Positions 1-12,904 of a DNA stretch of 64,000 nucleotides are shown piece after piece. The stretch spans positions 620,001 to 684,000 of the forward strand of contig BROI01000013.1 in the NCBI GenBank assembly GCA_027923505.1, in the 5' to 3' direction. Below the pieces are notes generated by a model. That model was not told the origin of the DNA. It was given only the letters and a program-made list of their open reading frames with translations, and ran no database searches. The position numbers were made by a program, and so were the translations under genes. The first letter of the stretch is position 1. Each line of letters starts with the position of its first letter. The stretch comes from Mayamaea pseudoterrestris (lineage: Eukaryota).

Positions 1-424
1 CGGTTTCGCATCGCTCTCACTTCATCCAAGCCGCAAATGTTTTATACAGCAACGACGATACAAAACACGACAAGATAGATATATATGAGGAACATTGTGA
101 GCAGAATCTACTCTCAATGGCGCTACAATGGAATGTTTTGGACGACGCAGTTCATATGGTAGAGATTGCGCCGGGAAAGCAATGGTCCGTGGCCGTGTCC
201 GTGTCGGTCGCAGCTTGTATTTCTGCTCGATTGCCAAGCGACTACAGCAAGTGCAACAAATCTAAAGTGAGCTGCGTAGCAAGAGCCTGCGTGCACGCGA
301 ATCAGAGCGTGAAATGCTAAGCTACTGCTACTGCCCCAATTCCATCGCCCATCGCAGACGCGTCTCATAATAAAACCATACAACAATTGCTCAACTAAAC
401 AACCTTATAGTAATATCAATTTGT

Positions 425-845
425 TTATCTCAATCGTCTTGCCTCTCGCTCCCACTCCAATAGACAAAGAATGTCTCCTTCCCGGACTGGTCCCTTGACG
501 TTGCGGACAATGGATCGGCCGGTCGTTCCGCCACCTTCGGCATCCATAAACTCCACGCGCACCTGCGTGACGTTACCCGTGTTTCCCGTACGTCCGAGGA
601 CGCGATTCACCTTGGCGAGCTTGACTGGTTGATCCTGTGATATTGAATGAAGATGGAGGAGGAAATACGTTTAGTAAGCAGTGGTAAGAGGTAACCATGA
701 GCATCAAGGCCGGACGCGTTTCGCAATACAACAAGCATTCCAAATCAATCCAGCAATTCTAGCAGTTCATACACTCGCATGCACCGAATGTAAAAGCGCA
801 AACGATCAAAAGACTTTGTTGCAGCGACCGTCGGCAACGCACCAT
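425..845 (-). CDS. RPS28: 40S ribosomal protein S28 (eS28); exons 845-843 (ATG only) and 634-425
   Basis: Spliced product [31 protein letters not shown]...[30 protein letters not shown] is a typical eS28; ATG|GT donor at 842 and CAG acceptor at 635. Confidence 0.95.
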
Positions 846-1192
846 GGTGAAGGCTGTGATTTGATTTTGTGCGAGAGCTTCGCGTCGAGTCGGTGTTGAA
901 CGAGCGGCGGAGGGTCGTCGAGTGGAGCGTCGGACAGACCTTTGTCGCACTACGACAATCACGTGCAGTCGTGCGATTCGCATCCGTGACTCGTTCCCAC
1001 GTCATCCGTCGCGGCAAACGCTTGCCTCCGATCCTTTCGTCGTTCCAAACTTCCATCACAAAACAATACACCAATGGAGGGAGCTGAGTGAAGGATTTCG
1101 CTTTCTAGCCGTACCGCCCTCTCATTGTAAGCTCTTGACGAGTCTACTGTAATACCATACAAAATCCTCTACCCCTTTCGTTTCGCGCTCTT

Positions 1193-3127
1193 ATGCTCAA
1201 GGTTGCGCAACGAGTCTCATTGGCAGTTTCTGCGTCAGTAAGATTGAAATCAGCGACTGCGACTGCTACTGCTGCTCGGGTTGGTAGATCATTGTCAACT
1301 GCCTCGCATCGTCATGTGATTCGTTCCGATTCATCAATCTCGAAAACGACAAACGATCAGCATGAGGACCGCTTGCTGGTGATTGGATCGGGCGTCGCCG
1401 GCAGTGCCGCTGCTCTCATTGCGGCGGAGCAGTACCAAATCCCAGTCACTCTGCTCTTTGCCGGTCATCTTTCCACCGACTGCAACTCGTACTGGGCGCA
1501 GGGAGGCATCATTTACCGCAACCACGACGTCAATAGTGGAGATTCCGCGGCGAGTCTGGCGCAAGACATTCAGCGCGCCGGTGCCGGCCTTTGCGAACAT
1601 GGTGCCGTTTGGAAGGTTGCCAATGAAGGACCGGATCGAGTGAGACAACTTCTGTTGAACAATGAGCATGGTAGTAACGTGAACAATCCGTACTGTCAGG
1701 TTCCGTTTGAGCGCAGTGCGAGCGACTCGTCCGAGTATGCGCTCTGTTTGGAGGCGTCGCACGCCGCACCTCGCATTCTCTTCACGGCCGATCACACGGG
1801 TCGAAGCATTACGGAATGCTTGTCGGAAGCCTTGATCAAACATCCGCTCATTACGTTGCAGCCGCATACGGTAGTGACGGATCTCATTGTCATGGAGTCA
1901 AACGAAAGTAGCAGCAGCAGCAAGCACTGCCTGGGCGTGACGACACTCAATCGCACCACTGGAGCAACTGGCTACGAACTAGCCAATCACGGAACGGTCC
2001 TTTGCAGCGGCGGCTTGGCCGGTATTTACCAGCATTCCACCAATCCGGCTGGTTTCAATGCATTGGGAAGCAGCGTCGGCTTGGCGCAGCGCGCTGGTGC
2101 CGTCACGCGCGACTTGGAGTTTGTGCAGTTTCATCCCACGGCCCTTTCTATTCCTGGTCAGCCGAGCTTTTTGGTGTCGGAAGCAGTGCGCGGTGATGGT
2201 GCCAAACTAGTCAATGCGAATGGACATTTTTTTGCGGCCGACTATCATGCGGATGCCGAGCTTGCGCCTCGCGATGTGGTGGCGCGCGCCGTGTACGCCG
2301 AGTCGCAGGCCACTGGAAAGGTGTACTTGGACTTGTCGCGCAGTGGCCACTCGGTGGAATACATTCACCATCGGTTTCCAAGCATTCAGGCGCACTTGCA
2401 AAAGCACGGATTGGACTTGGCGCGCAACAAGATTCCCATTTTGCCAGCGGCGCACTACACGTGCGGTGGCGTTGTCACGGACGAACATGGTGTAACGAAT
2501 ATTAACAACTTGTACGCGGCGGGTGAAGCGGCGCGAACAGGTTTGCATGGTGGGAATCGACTGGCGTCGACGAGTCTGTTGGAAGGCTTGGTCTATGGAG
2601 CGGCTGTGGCTGATCATGTTGGAACGATAAATGGTCGAGCCAGTGAATGGGTTGACACGAGCAAGCGCCTTTTGCAAGACAGCAACAAGTCAAACGTTAA
2701 CGACTGGGTGCATGAAACTGTTTTGAACAATAGTGCACTTGTCAATGGCAGCAACAATGCGACTCATGGATTTCGTCACCGCCACAAGATTGAGCCGCAG
2801 CAGATTGAATCGGCTGGTTATGCTGCCATGACGTTGCTCAAGGAAGTGAGACGCTGCATGTGGGACAACGTTGGAGTGGTCAGAACACCCTCTGGACTGA
2901 CAAGGGCATTGGACGAATTGGACTCGATTCGTCGAGATGCCATTGAACTTTATGCAAAGAGCCCAACGTTGGAAACTGCGGCGGTGCGTGACGCTGCCTA
3001 CGCCGGATATGCCGTCACTGAAGCAGCGAGTCGCAACAAGACTTCCATTGGGGCTCATCACATTGTGGCTGATGATGAGGACATGGAAGAGTCGGAGCTT
3101 GAGGAAGCTGCGTCGGCCGTGTTGTAA
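1193..3127 (+). CDS. nadB: L-aspartate oxidase (FAD-dependent, de novo NAD synthesis), intronless, with an N-terminal presequence
   Basis: VIGSGVAG FAD motif, SYWAQGGI, EASH..RI, EFVQFHPT, LVSEAVRGDG, ELAPRDVVARA, PAAHYTCGG, LYAAGE, GLHGGNRLASTSLLEGLVYG. Confidence 0.92.
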   Translation: MLKVAQRVSLAVSASVRLKSATATATAARVGRSLSTASHRHVIRSDSSISKTTNDQHEDRLLVIGSGVAGSAAALIAAEQYQIPVTLLFAGHLSTDCNSYWAQGGIIYRNHDVNSGDSAASLAQDIQRAGAGLCEHGAVWKVANEGPDRVRQLLLNNEHGSNVNNPYCQVPFERSASDSSEYALCLEASHAAPRILFTADHTGRSITECLSEALIKHPLITLQPHTVVTDLIVMESNESSSSSKHCLGVTTLNRTTGATGYELANHGTVLCSGGLAGIYQHSTNPAGFNALGSSVGLAQRAGAVTRDLEFVQFHPTALSIPGQPSFLVSEAVRGDGAKLVNANGHFFAADYHADAELAPRDVVARAVYAESQATGKVYLDLSRSGHSVEYIHHRFPSIQAHLQKHGLDLARNKIPILPAAHYTCGGVVTDEHGVTNINNLYAAGEAARTGLHGGNRLASTSLLEGLVYGAAVADHVGTINGRASEWVDTSKRLLQDSNKSNVNDWVHETVLNNSALVNGSNNATHGFRHRHKIEPQQIESAGYAAMTLLKEVRRCMWDNVGVVRTPSGLTRALDELDSIRRDAIELYAKSPTLETAAVRDAAYAGYAVTEAASRNKTSIGAHHIVADDEDMEESELEEAASAVL

Positions 3128-3337
3128 TTTGCTGGTCGGCGTCGGTTTCTGCGAAACCATTGTTTAATGTCACATTTAAATGCATACTCTATAATGCAAT
3201 GCATACTCAGTAATGCAGCAACATTAGAACTTATTGTTAACATGTAAGTTATACAATAGATTATCCAATTAAGAAGTTATTGTTGTTGCCGCCTAAGTTG
3301 TTATGTGTACACATGTAACTTCATGCAAAACCTACGT

Positions 3338-5296
3338 TCAAGCCCCAACAAGCTTTGCGCCAAGGTAGCATGCCGGCACTGGAACGCCGGAGGTGATATT
3401 GCCTTCCATCAAGGTCGCTGCTAGACTGGACAAGATGTAGTTCATGTCGCGTACAACGGCAAGGTAGTTGTGAGGCGGCGTTGGACTCGTAATGCTCCGC
3501 GTTGCTGTGCTACTGGTTTGTGCGACGAACGCATCAAACCTTTCCTCTTCCTGCGAGTAGTCGGTCCATGTATTAAAGATTGACTTCTGCCACGTCCATT
3601 GCGGTGCGGTACCGAACAAGTCGGCTTGGGTCGGTGTTGTTGAGTTGAATGCGCCATTGACGCCAGCGGACTGAAGCACGACGCCATCGTCTACATCAAC
3701 ACCCTGCAGCGAGCGGTACCCCGTCCTCCTGAATCCACATCCCATGAACATGCACCACTCTGTGATCAATGGAAACAATAGGCACAGTGAGCATGGTTAC
3801 ACGGCAGTAGCATTCGATGCATTCGCAGTTGTACTTACGAACAAAATTTGGTCGATTGCAATTCTTGGGGCAGACATTGATCGAGGTGCGCAAGTATCGA
3901 CGATCGCCGGTAGATTCAGAGTCAATAGGTGAGCCGGGTGCAATGTACTCTAGTTCCGGTACGTGGGCTTTAAACGCCATGAACAGCTCCTCCTGAATGA
4001 AATCCTTCATGCTCCAAACCTTGTCCGGACAATCGCGGCCCACCAAAATGACCTTCCAGAGCTCTGGCTCGTCTTTGCGTTGAACATCTTGCGTGGCAAC
4101 TGTTGCCGGAAGAGCGACAGGCGGAATGCTTGGCGATTGCGTCGTCTGAGACGCCGTTGGTAATAACGTCGCGTCAACGACCGCCGCAGTTTCAGTCGGC
4201 AGCAGACTCAAGCATTCGACGGCTTTGTTGCTACTCGTCACGACGGAGACCTGGACATTCTTGTTCGCCTTGAGTCGGTCTCCACGTGCCAAGTTTGTGT
4301 ATGCACCTGTTTCTCCCTTGTTGAGAACCTTGGGTAACATGTCATTGAGCATGACCACCGTGCCATTCTCACCAGCCATGCAGTACAATGCAGTAAATTC
4401 AAGAGGGTTTGAACTAACGTCTCCACCATTCAACCCACTAGCATCCTTTCCGACAGGCGAGACTGTAAGGTTGCAAAAAAATCGCGTGAGTGAGTTTATG
4501 GTTACACAGTTTCGTACACAAATCAAAACTAGCGAGGACAGCGCCAACATACCAAACGTCGTTCCCCAGCGATACGTGGTATAGTAGACTTCCACCTCGG
4601 CCGCCATGCTTGGACCAGCAGCTCGCGGATAGACGCTTCGAGCAATGGCAATTGGAACGTTGCTTCGCACCAAGTCGCCTCCATCATACTGGATCGTCCT
4701 TGTTCCTTGAAACAAATTGACACCTTGCTGAATCATAATCATGTCACCAGCCGACAAGACGTCAGATTCATCAGTGCACGCAATATTCGTCGACGGCGCG
4801 CACCCATTGGAAGCATTGCCGTCGCCCCAAACTCTGGTATAATCTTGCAACGTTGTTGTTGTCGAGTCGCTCCAATGAAACGGTTCGGCTTCGTACCCAT
4901 CCTCCCAGTGGTCCCATACAATAACTGTGTCATTCGTTGAAACGGATAGCGCCACGTTGGAAACCATGATTGGAGATCCAGCAGTGGCGCCACTGCCCAT
5001 GCGCTTGTACGTTTGTTCGTACAAGTCGGTTTCGGGTAACGGAATGAAGTACGAGTAGAATGAGGGTGCTGATGGAGCAGCAGTAGAGGCAAGGTTGTTC
5101 GTGGATGCCGAAATCATCGTCGCCTGATAATAATGTGAGGATAAAGTAAGATAAATGATTTCGTTTTGCAAGATGCAGATAAGGACGTCATGGCGTGTGC
5201 GCATGTTTCGGATTCGTACAAGCATCAACTTACATGAGCGGCAGGAAAAGCACCATGAGCAAGCAAGAAGCATCCAACAAGCGAGATAGGCTTCAT
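3338..5296 (-). CDS. Secreted protein of unknown function: N-terminal extracellular domain plus C-terminal RXL-flanked Cys-rich module; exons 5296-5234, 5123-4553, 4462-3839, 3759-3338
   Basis: Signal-like MKPISLVGCFLLAHGAFPAAH followed by GTAAGT; three GT-AG introns keep the frame; C-terminal half aligns by eye with the neighbouring gene at 6455-7313. Confidence 0.7.
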
Positions 5297-6454
5297 GGTT
5301 ATCTTGTTGTATTAGTCGCCGAGTTTGTGTAGCTAACACTGCTTGCAGGATCAAGTCAAGGGATTTGGCAAATACAAGAGGCGGCAGTGCGGCGTTGCAA
5401 GCGGCAAGCGACGATTCGTACGAGTCGCAAAAATCGAGTCGCTGGAACGTTTTTTAATGAGCAGCTGGCGGAGACGAGGCCTCGCTGCTTCAACAGGACG
5501 GATCCTATCAAAAGTGTCTCAAGTCTTTTCGTGACCCTCCATGCGAATCCCATGTTGCACTTGTTGGACCGGCCATGTCCTCTCGCGGCGCACAAGCTGC
5601 AGGCGAAACGTAGCGTCGAGAGTCACGGAACGGGACCAACGAGGAATCCAGTCACCGAGAAGTCCTTGCGGCAATCTTGCCAAGAAGCTTGGATTGCTGC
5701 ATGCAGTGAACAAATTGACATAATCCAGCAGTGGCTTCGAGTTCCTCATGGCTGGAACGACGACGAGCCAGCAAGATTCGCCCAAGACTTGCAGCAGCAG
5801 CTGCGAATCGAGTCATTTTGCGACGAGATGCATGCAAGTCCATTCACCTCGTGCATATGACTGCTGTCATGATCCAATACGATTAACTTGCTCTCGATAG
5901 TCGGCGTGCATGCTTGGCGTCGTTTGGTGGAACAACTTGACTCGTTCCATCCATCAAGCGACGCCGCATTCTCCATGATTCCTGTGTTACGACGGTAGAA
6001 GATTCTGTAGCTGCTATACATGAGCATTTGCATCAAGTTGACTCGACTAGCGCCGCATGCAGGCAGCAGTTTGACGATCAAGCCATTGGGTTTCTCGCAT
6101 CGTCGATGGTGCAAGGCGCGGCGGCGGAGAGTGACTAAGATCGTAGCGGTTATGAAAAGGTCCTAGCGGTTATGGAATGACACTCGGGAGTCATTCGCCG
6201 GGTCACCAACGTTGCGCGCGGATAGGGATCCCGTCCGTTTCCTGCCGGCAGCAGAGCAGGTTACCCAAGGCTAGCAAGACCAAGCTAGCGGTAGTCTATG
6301 TTTGCAAGCCAAGGTAAGTAAATGACCGTATAAGGTAATGATTGTTGTTATTGTATGTATGAAAATGTGCACGTGACGATGCATGCGTCTGCATCCGTCG
6401 TTCCTCGCTTGATCGAAGAGTCTCATGTATAGAGTCGCTCCCTTCCTTGCATAT

Positions 6455-7313
6455 TTACGCAGACGCACTAAGCCTTGCTCCCAGCGAGCAAGTTGCCGAT
6501 ACAGTTTTGCTCGTCGTCGTCGCTGCCGTGTAGCTTGGCGCAATGCTCGTCAAGACCAGATTCATTTCCTTGACGGCGGTAATGTAATTCGCCGGATGCA
6601 CCGTATCCGACGCGACGAGCGAGTCAAACATGCGCTCCTCCTTGGAGTAGTCGGTCCATGTATCGAGTGACGCCTTGTTCCAGGACCATTCCGTCTTGCT
6701 CACCAAGAACTTGTTGGACGCCAAGTTTCGTTGGCGAAGGTTGGTACTGCTCTGGTCGCTGGTCATGCTAGTCGTGGATGCAGTCGCTTTTTCCTCCGAC
6801 TCCGCGAGGCTGCGGCGTCGTCCGCCGCAATTGGTGCAGTAGCAGCCCAAGAAGCGGCACCATTCTGCAGAAAAAGCGCATGCCATGAGCTTATTCCATT
6901 CTCGCAAAACCGGTCATGCTTTCTCAATCATACTCTACATATATATGCACAGACTTACGAACGTTTGCCGGCTTTTGGCAGTAGGTGCGAGAGGGACAGA
7001 GCGCAATACCAAGGTTGCGATTGCTGCCGCTCGACGTTCCTCCGGGCGGCAAAAAGACGGCGTCCGGAGCCTGCGCCTGCATGGCTACAAGGAGCTCCTC
7101 CTGAATGAGGTCCAAGTTTTCTGTAACAGTGCAGTTGCTTCCAAACAAGTAGAGTTTCCAAATGACTGGTTCATCGATAATGACGTTGTTGCTGGCGATG
7201 GTTGTAGTTGTTGTAGTTGAAGATGATGATACCTGCTGTGCATAGACTAGAATTCCTTGCTGCTGCGACAGCAGCGCGAGTAGAAGGGAGCTGACAACAA
7301 GCAAGTTGTTCAT
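6455..7313 (-). CDS. Small secreted precursor protein, paralog of the C-terminal half of 3338-5296; intron 6958-6865
   Basis: Signal peptide MNNLLVVSSLLLALL; GTAAGT...CAG intron at the same position and phase as in the paralog; shared WK..L.G..C, QEEL..A, WC.F.GC and W.W.K...TWTDYS.EE..FD motifs. Confidence 0.75.
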
Positions 7314-8080
7314 CGTGGAGAGTCGTTGCTTTGTGACTGTGAATCAGAGCAAACGAGTTTGGTCTTTGGTCAGTGAAAGGAATCAGATGCAGAGGGCGGT
7401 TCCAAGTCATCTTGGAGAGGCGCAAGCGATTTTGCTGGCTCGTGGCGAAATATCTCACGATCAAACAAGATTGATCGAAGCCGCTAGTTAAGTAAAAATG
7501 AGTCATAAAAAGACTTTTCATGATGGAAAAGAAGCAACATGCGTCGATGGCGAATCCTTCATTCGTCGAAACGCCTAAGTAATGCTTAATGACTATCAGG
7601 CTTAATTAAAGCTAACCATTGACCCTTGTGATGGATATAGCCTTGTTTAACCATGCAGTCTTTTTGCATAATGTGGATCGCAATGGATGAGGCATATCTT
7701 TTGTCATGTCGCAAACTGCTCAGCCAAGGCCACGAGCCAAGCACATGCGCGCAATGCAAGTAACTACCGAAGCGGTGCCTACTCTACTAATTGCACTGTA
7801 AGCGATTGGTAAGATATTCTCACCCATGGCCTGGCTACTCTACCAATAGAATAGCCAGGCATCCCATCTTGTAGTCAGTGCGGCAATAGTTCTCAAATGA
7901 AGCCACGTTGATGCATTCACATCCATATAGTGGTTCTATTGTTGCAAGTTTGTACAATTTGTAAGTTGTTAAAATGCTTTAACGCAACTGCAGGAAAAAG
8001 ATTGATTCTTAGCTATGATATATGACTCCATGGCAGCAGCCGGCAAGTGCGGCCGCTATCGTTTGCCGATTCTTCGACGC

Positions 8081-11035
<2,955 letters not shown>

Positions 11036-11482
11036 TTCTGTGCAAGTGAATGTCAATGGAACAATTACGTCTTGGTCGGCTACTAGTAGTCAAAGTGAAG
11101 CGTCTGATTGTATATTGCTAGCGTATTTGCTCCTCTTGATTGTATTACTCCGTCAAGCAAAGAGAGATGCAAAAAGGTACGACGATATCGATCGTCAATG
11201 CATGCAAGGAGGGCGAACAGGAAACATCGTTGTCATGGCGTTGATCGCAAACTTCAACCACTCGAGGGTGGAAGGACGGACGATACTCAGTGGCGTGCGA
11301 TAAGATTTTAGACAGGACATCTACTGCTTCATTGTCGAACCCTTCGGAGCAACACTAGTGTCGCAGTGAGTCATGATGCGACTTGCGCTTGACAGCCGCA
11401 CGAGGCTCGATCACAACAAGGACCTCCGCCTCGTGTATATTGCAGCATCGTCGAATACTATATCATCGTCAGAGACTAAAAC

Positions 11483-12565
11483 ATGAATCTACTGATCAAG
11501 CAATCTACAGAGAGATTGCTGCTGATGCGAAATCGAATAGCTAATCGATCGCTGTCAGCCGTTGCAGCTCATCAAGCCTCGTCGCTACAGTCCGTGAACA
11601 AGCCTCCATCATTAGCAGCATATTCATCAATCACTCCACCAACAACAATTACTCGCAGTTTCGCAACGGGAACGCGCGGCGCCCGGGGCCACGGCTGGTA
11701 TCAAAATTACCGCGCCTCCAAGGGCGGCCGGCACTTGCAGGGCGAGTATTTCGAACACGAGTCGCTCGAGGAGCAGCTGCAGTGGAACGAAGCAATCTTG
11801 GCAATGGGAAGTACGCAGGCGAGTATGCAAGTCAAAGTCATGCCCAAGAGTAGTGCGAGTGCAAGTAATGCTAGTAGTGACGATGAAAAAGCAGGCGAAG
11901 CTGCAGCAGTGGAACCGTTGGCGGTGCACACGCTGCACATGCGACTAGCGTCCACCGTCATGCCGGAGTCGACGCGCAACTTTATCAACCTCATGACTGC
12001 TGGCAATGACAATGATTCGTCATTCATTGGCTACAGGAACAGTCTGTTGCACCGCATGGAGCGCAACATTGGCGTTTGCGGCGGCGACGTGATGACCAAC
12101 ACGGGCCGCGTCGGAAGGCCGTCGCTGGAATCGCTCACGCATGCGTCAAGCGCCTATGACAATGACAATGAACGCAGTAACACGAAGAAACCAAACTTTA
12201 GAAATCTCTTGTCGCTACCGATACTGCACGACCCGCTGGCGCTCTGGCACGTTCCCGGCACCGTCAGCATGCTCGTGAGCACCGTGGGAGAAGTGGACAG
12301 TCGGTTTTTAATGACCTTTTGCGAGGCGCCGCATTTAAACGGCATTCATCGCGCGATTGGAATGATGACGAGCGAGTCGCGCGAGTTGCTGAAGCAGTTG
12401 CATGACTCGACACTGACGCGTCACGGCGTGCCCATGAACGTGCAGTTGGTCGTTAAAGAGTGCAAGGTGGAGAATGAAGAGGCGCAGCAGCAGACGCATG
12501 AGAAGGATAATATGACGGACAATGGAAGCGAAACAATGAAGAGAAATGCTAGCGCCAGTGGATGA
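11483..12565 (+). CDS. Divergent cyclophilin-like protein with a mitochondrial-like presequence
   Basis: MPESTRNFINL, GYRNSLLHR, GGDVMTNTGRVG, PGTVSM, SRFLMT, APHLNGIHRAIG echo cyclophilin motifs; R/S/L-rich N-terminus. Confidence 0.7.
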   Translation: MNLLIKQSTERLLLMRNRIANRSLSAVAAHQASSLQSVNKPPSLAAYSSITPPTTITRSFATGTRGARGHGWYQNYRASKGGRHLQGEYFEHESLEEQLQWNEAILAMGSTQASMQVKVMPKSSASASNASSDDEKAGEAAAVEPLAVHTLHMRLASTVMPESTRNFINLMTAGNDNDSSFIGYRNSLLHRMERNIGVCGGDVMTNTGRVGRPSLESLTHASSAYDNDNERSNTKKPNFRNLLSLPILHDPLALWHVPGTVSMLVSTVGEVDSRFLMTFCEAPHLNGIHRAIGMMTSESRELLKQLHDSTLTRHGVPMNVQLVVKECKVENEEAQQQTHEKDNMTDNGSETMKRNASASG

Positions 12566-12904
12566 GTTGGTGCGGCAGAGAATTGTTTTGTCGAGGCCGC
12601 GCTGGCGCAAATTGTCGGCGCGACGAAAAATGCTGTCGTATAATTAAATAAAAAGATCATTACTGCAATTATACAATTGTCTTGGCCTTGTGCGTATGTA
12701 GCGTAGATGTACCTAGCCGGAGGTCCGTACCAACGTGGACGTGCGAAACTGCTATAGTCAGAGCACAATCTTGCCGCATTTTTCAAAATCGAGGGAGAAG
12801 TCGACCCGTTTGCAGCTACAAGCATGTAAGAATAGTCGTCAATATTGCAGCTACAAGCTTATATACATGCCGTTCATATGTATAAATGTATGTATATGTA
12901 ATGT

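Noticed and set aside
1..420. Coding region at the window start
   Set aside because: Only short ORFs without motifs; context truncated by the window edge.
5350..6120. Gene or pseudogene between the two secreted paralogs
   Set aside because: Only short, stop-interrupted ORFs in several frames with no recognisable motif; cannot be supported.
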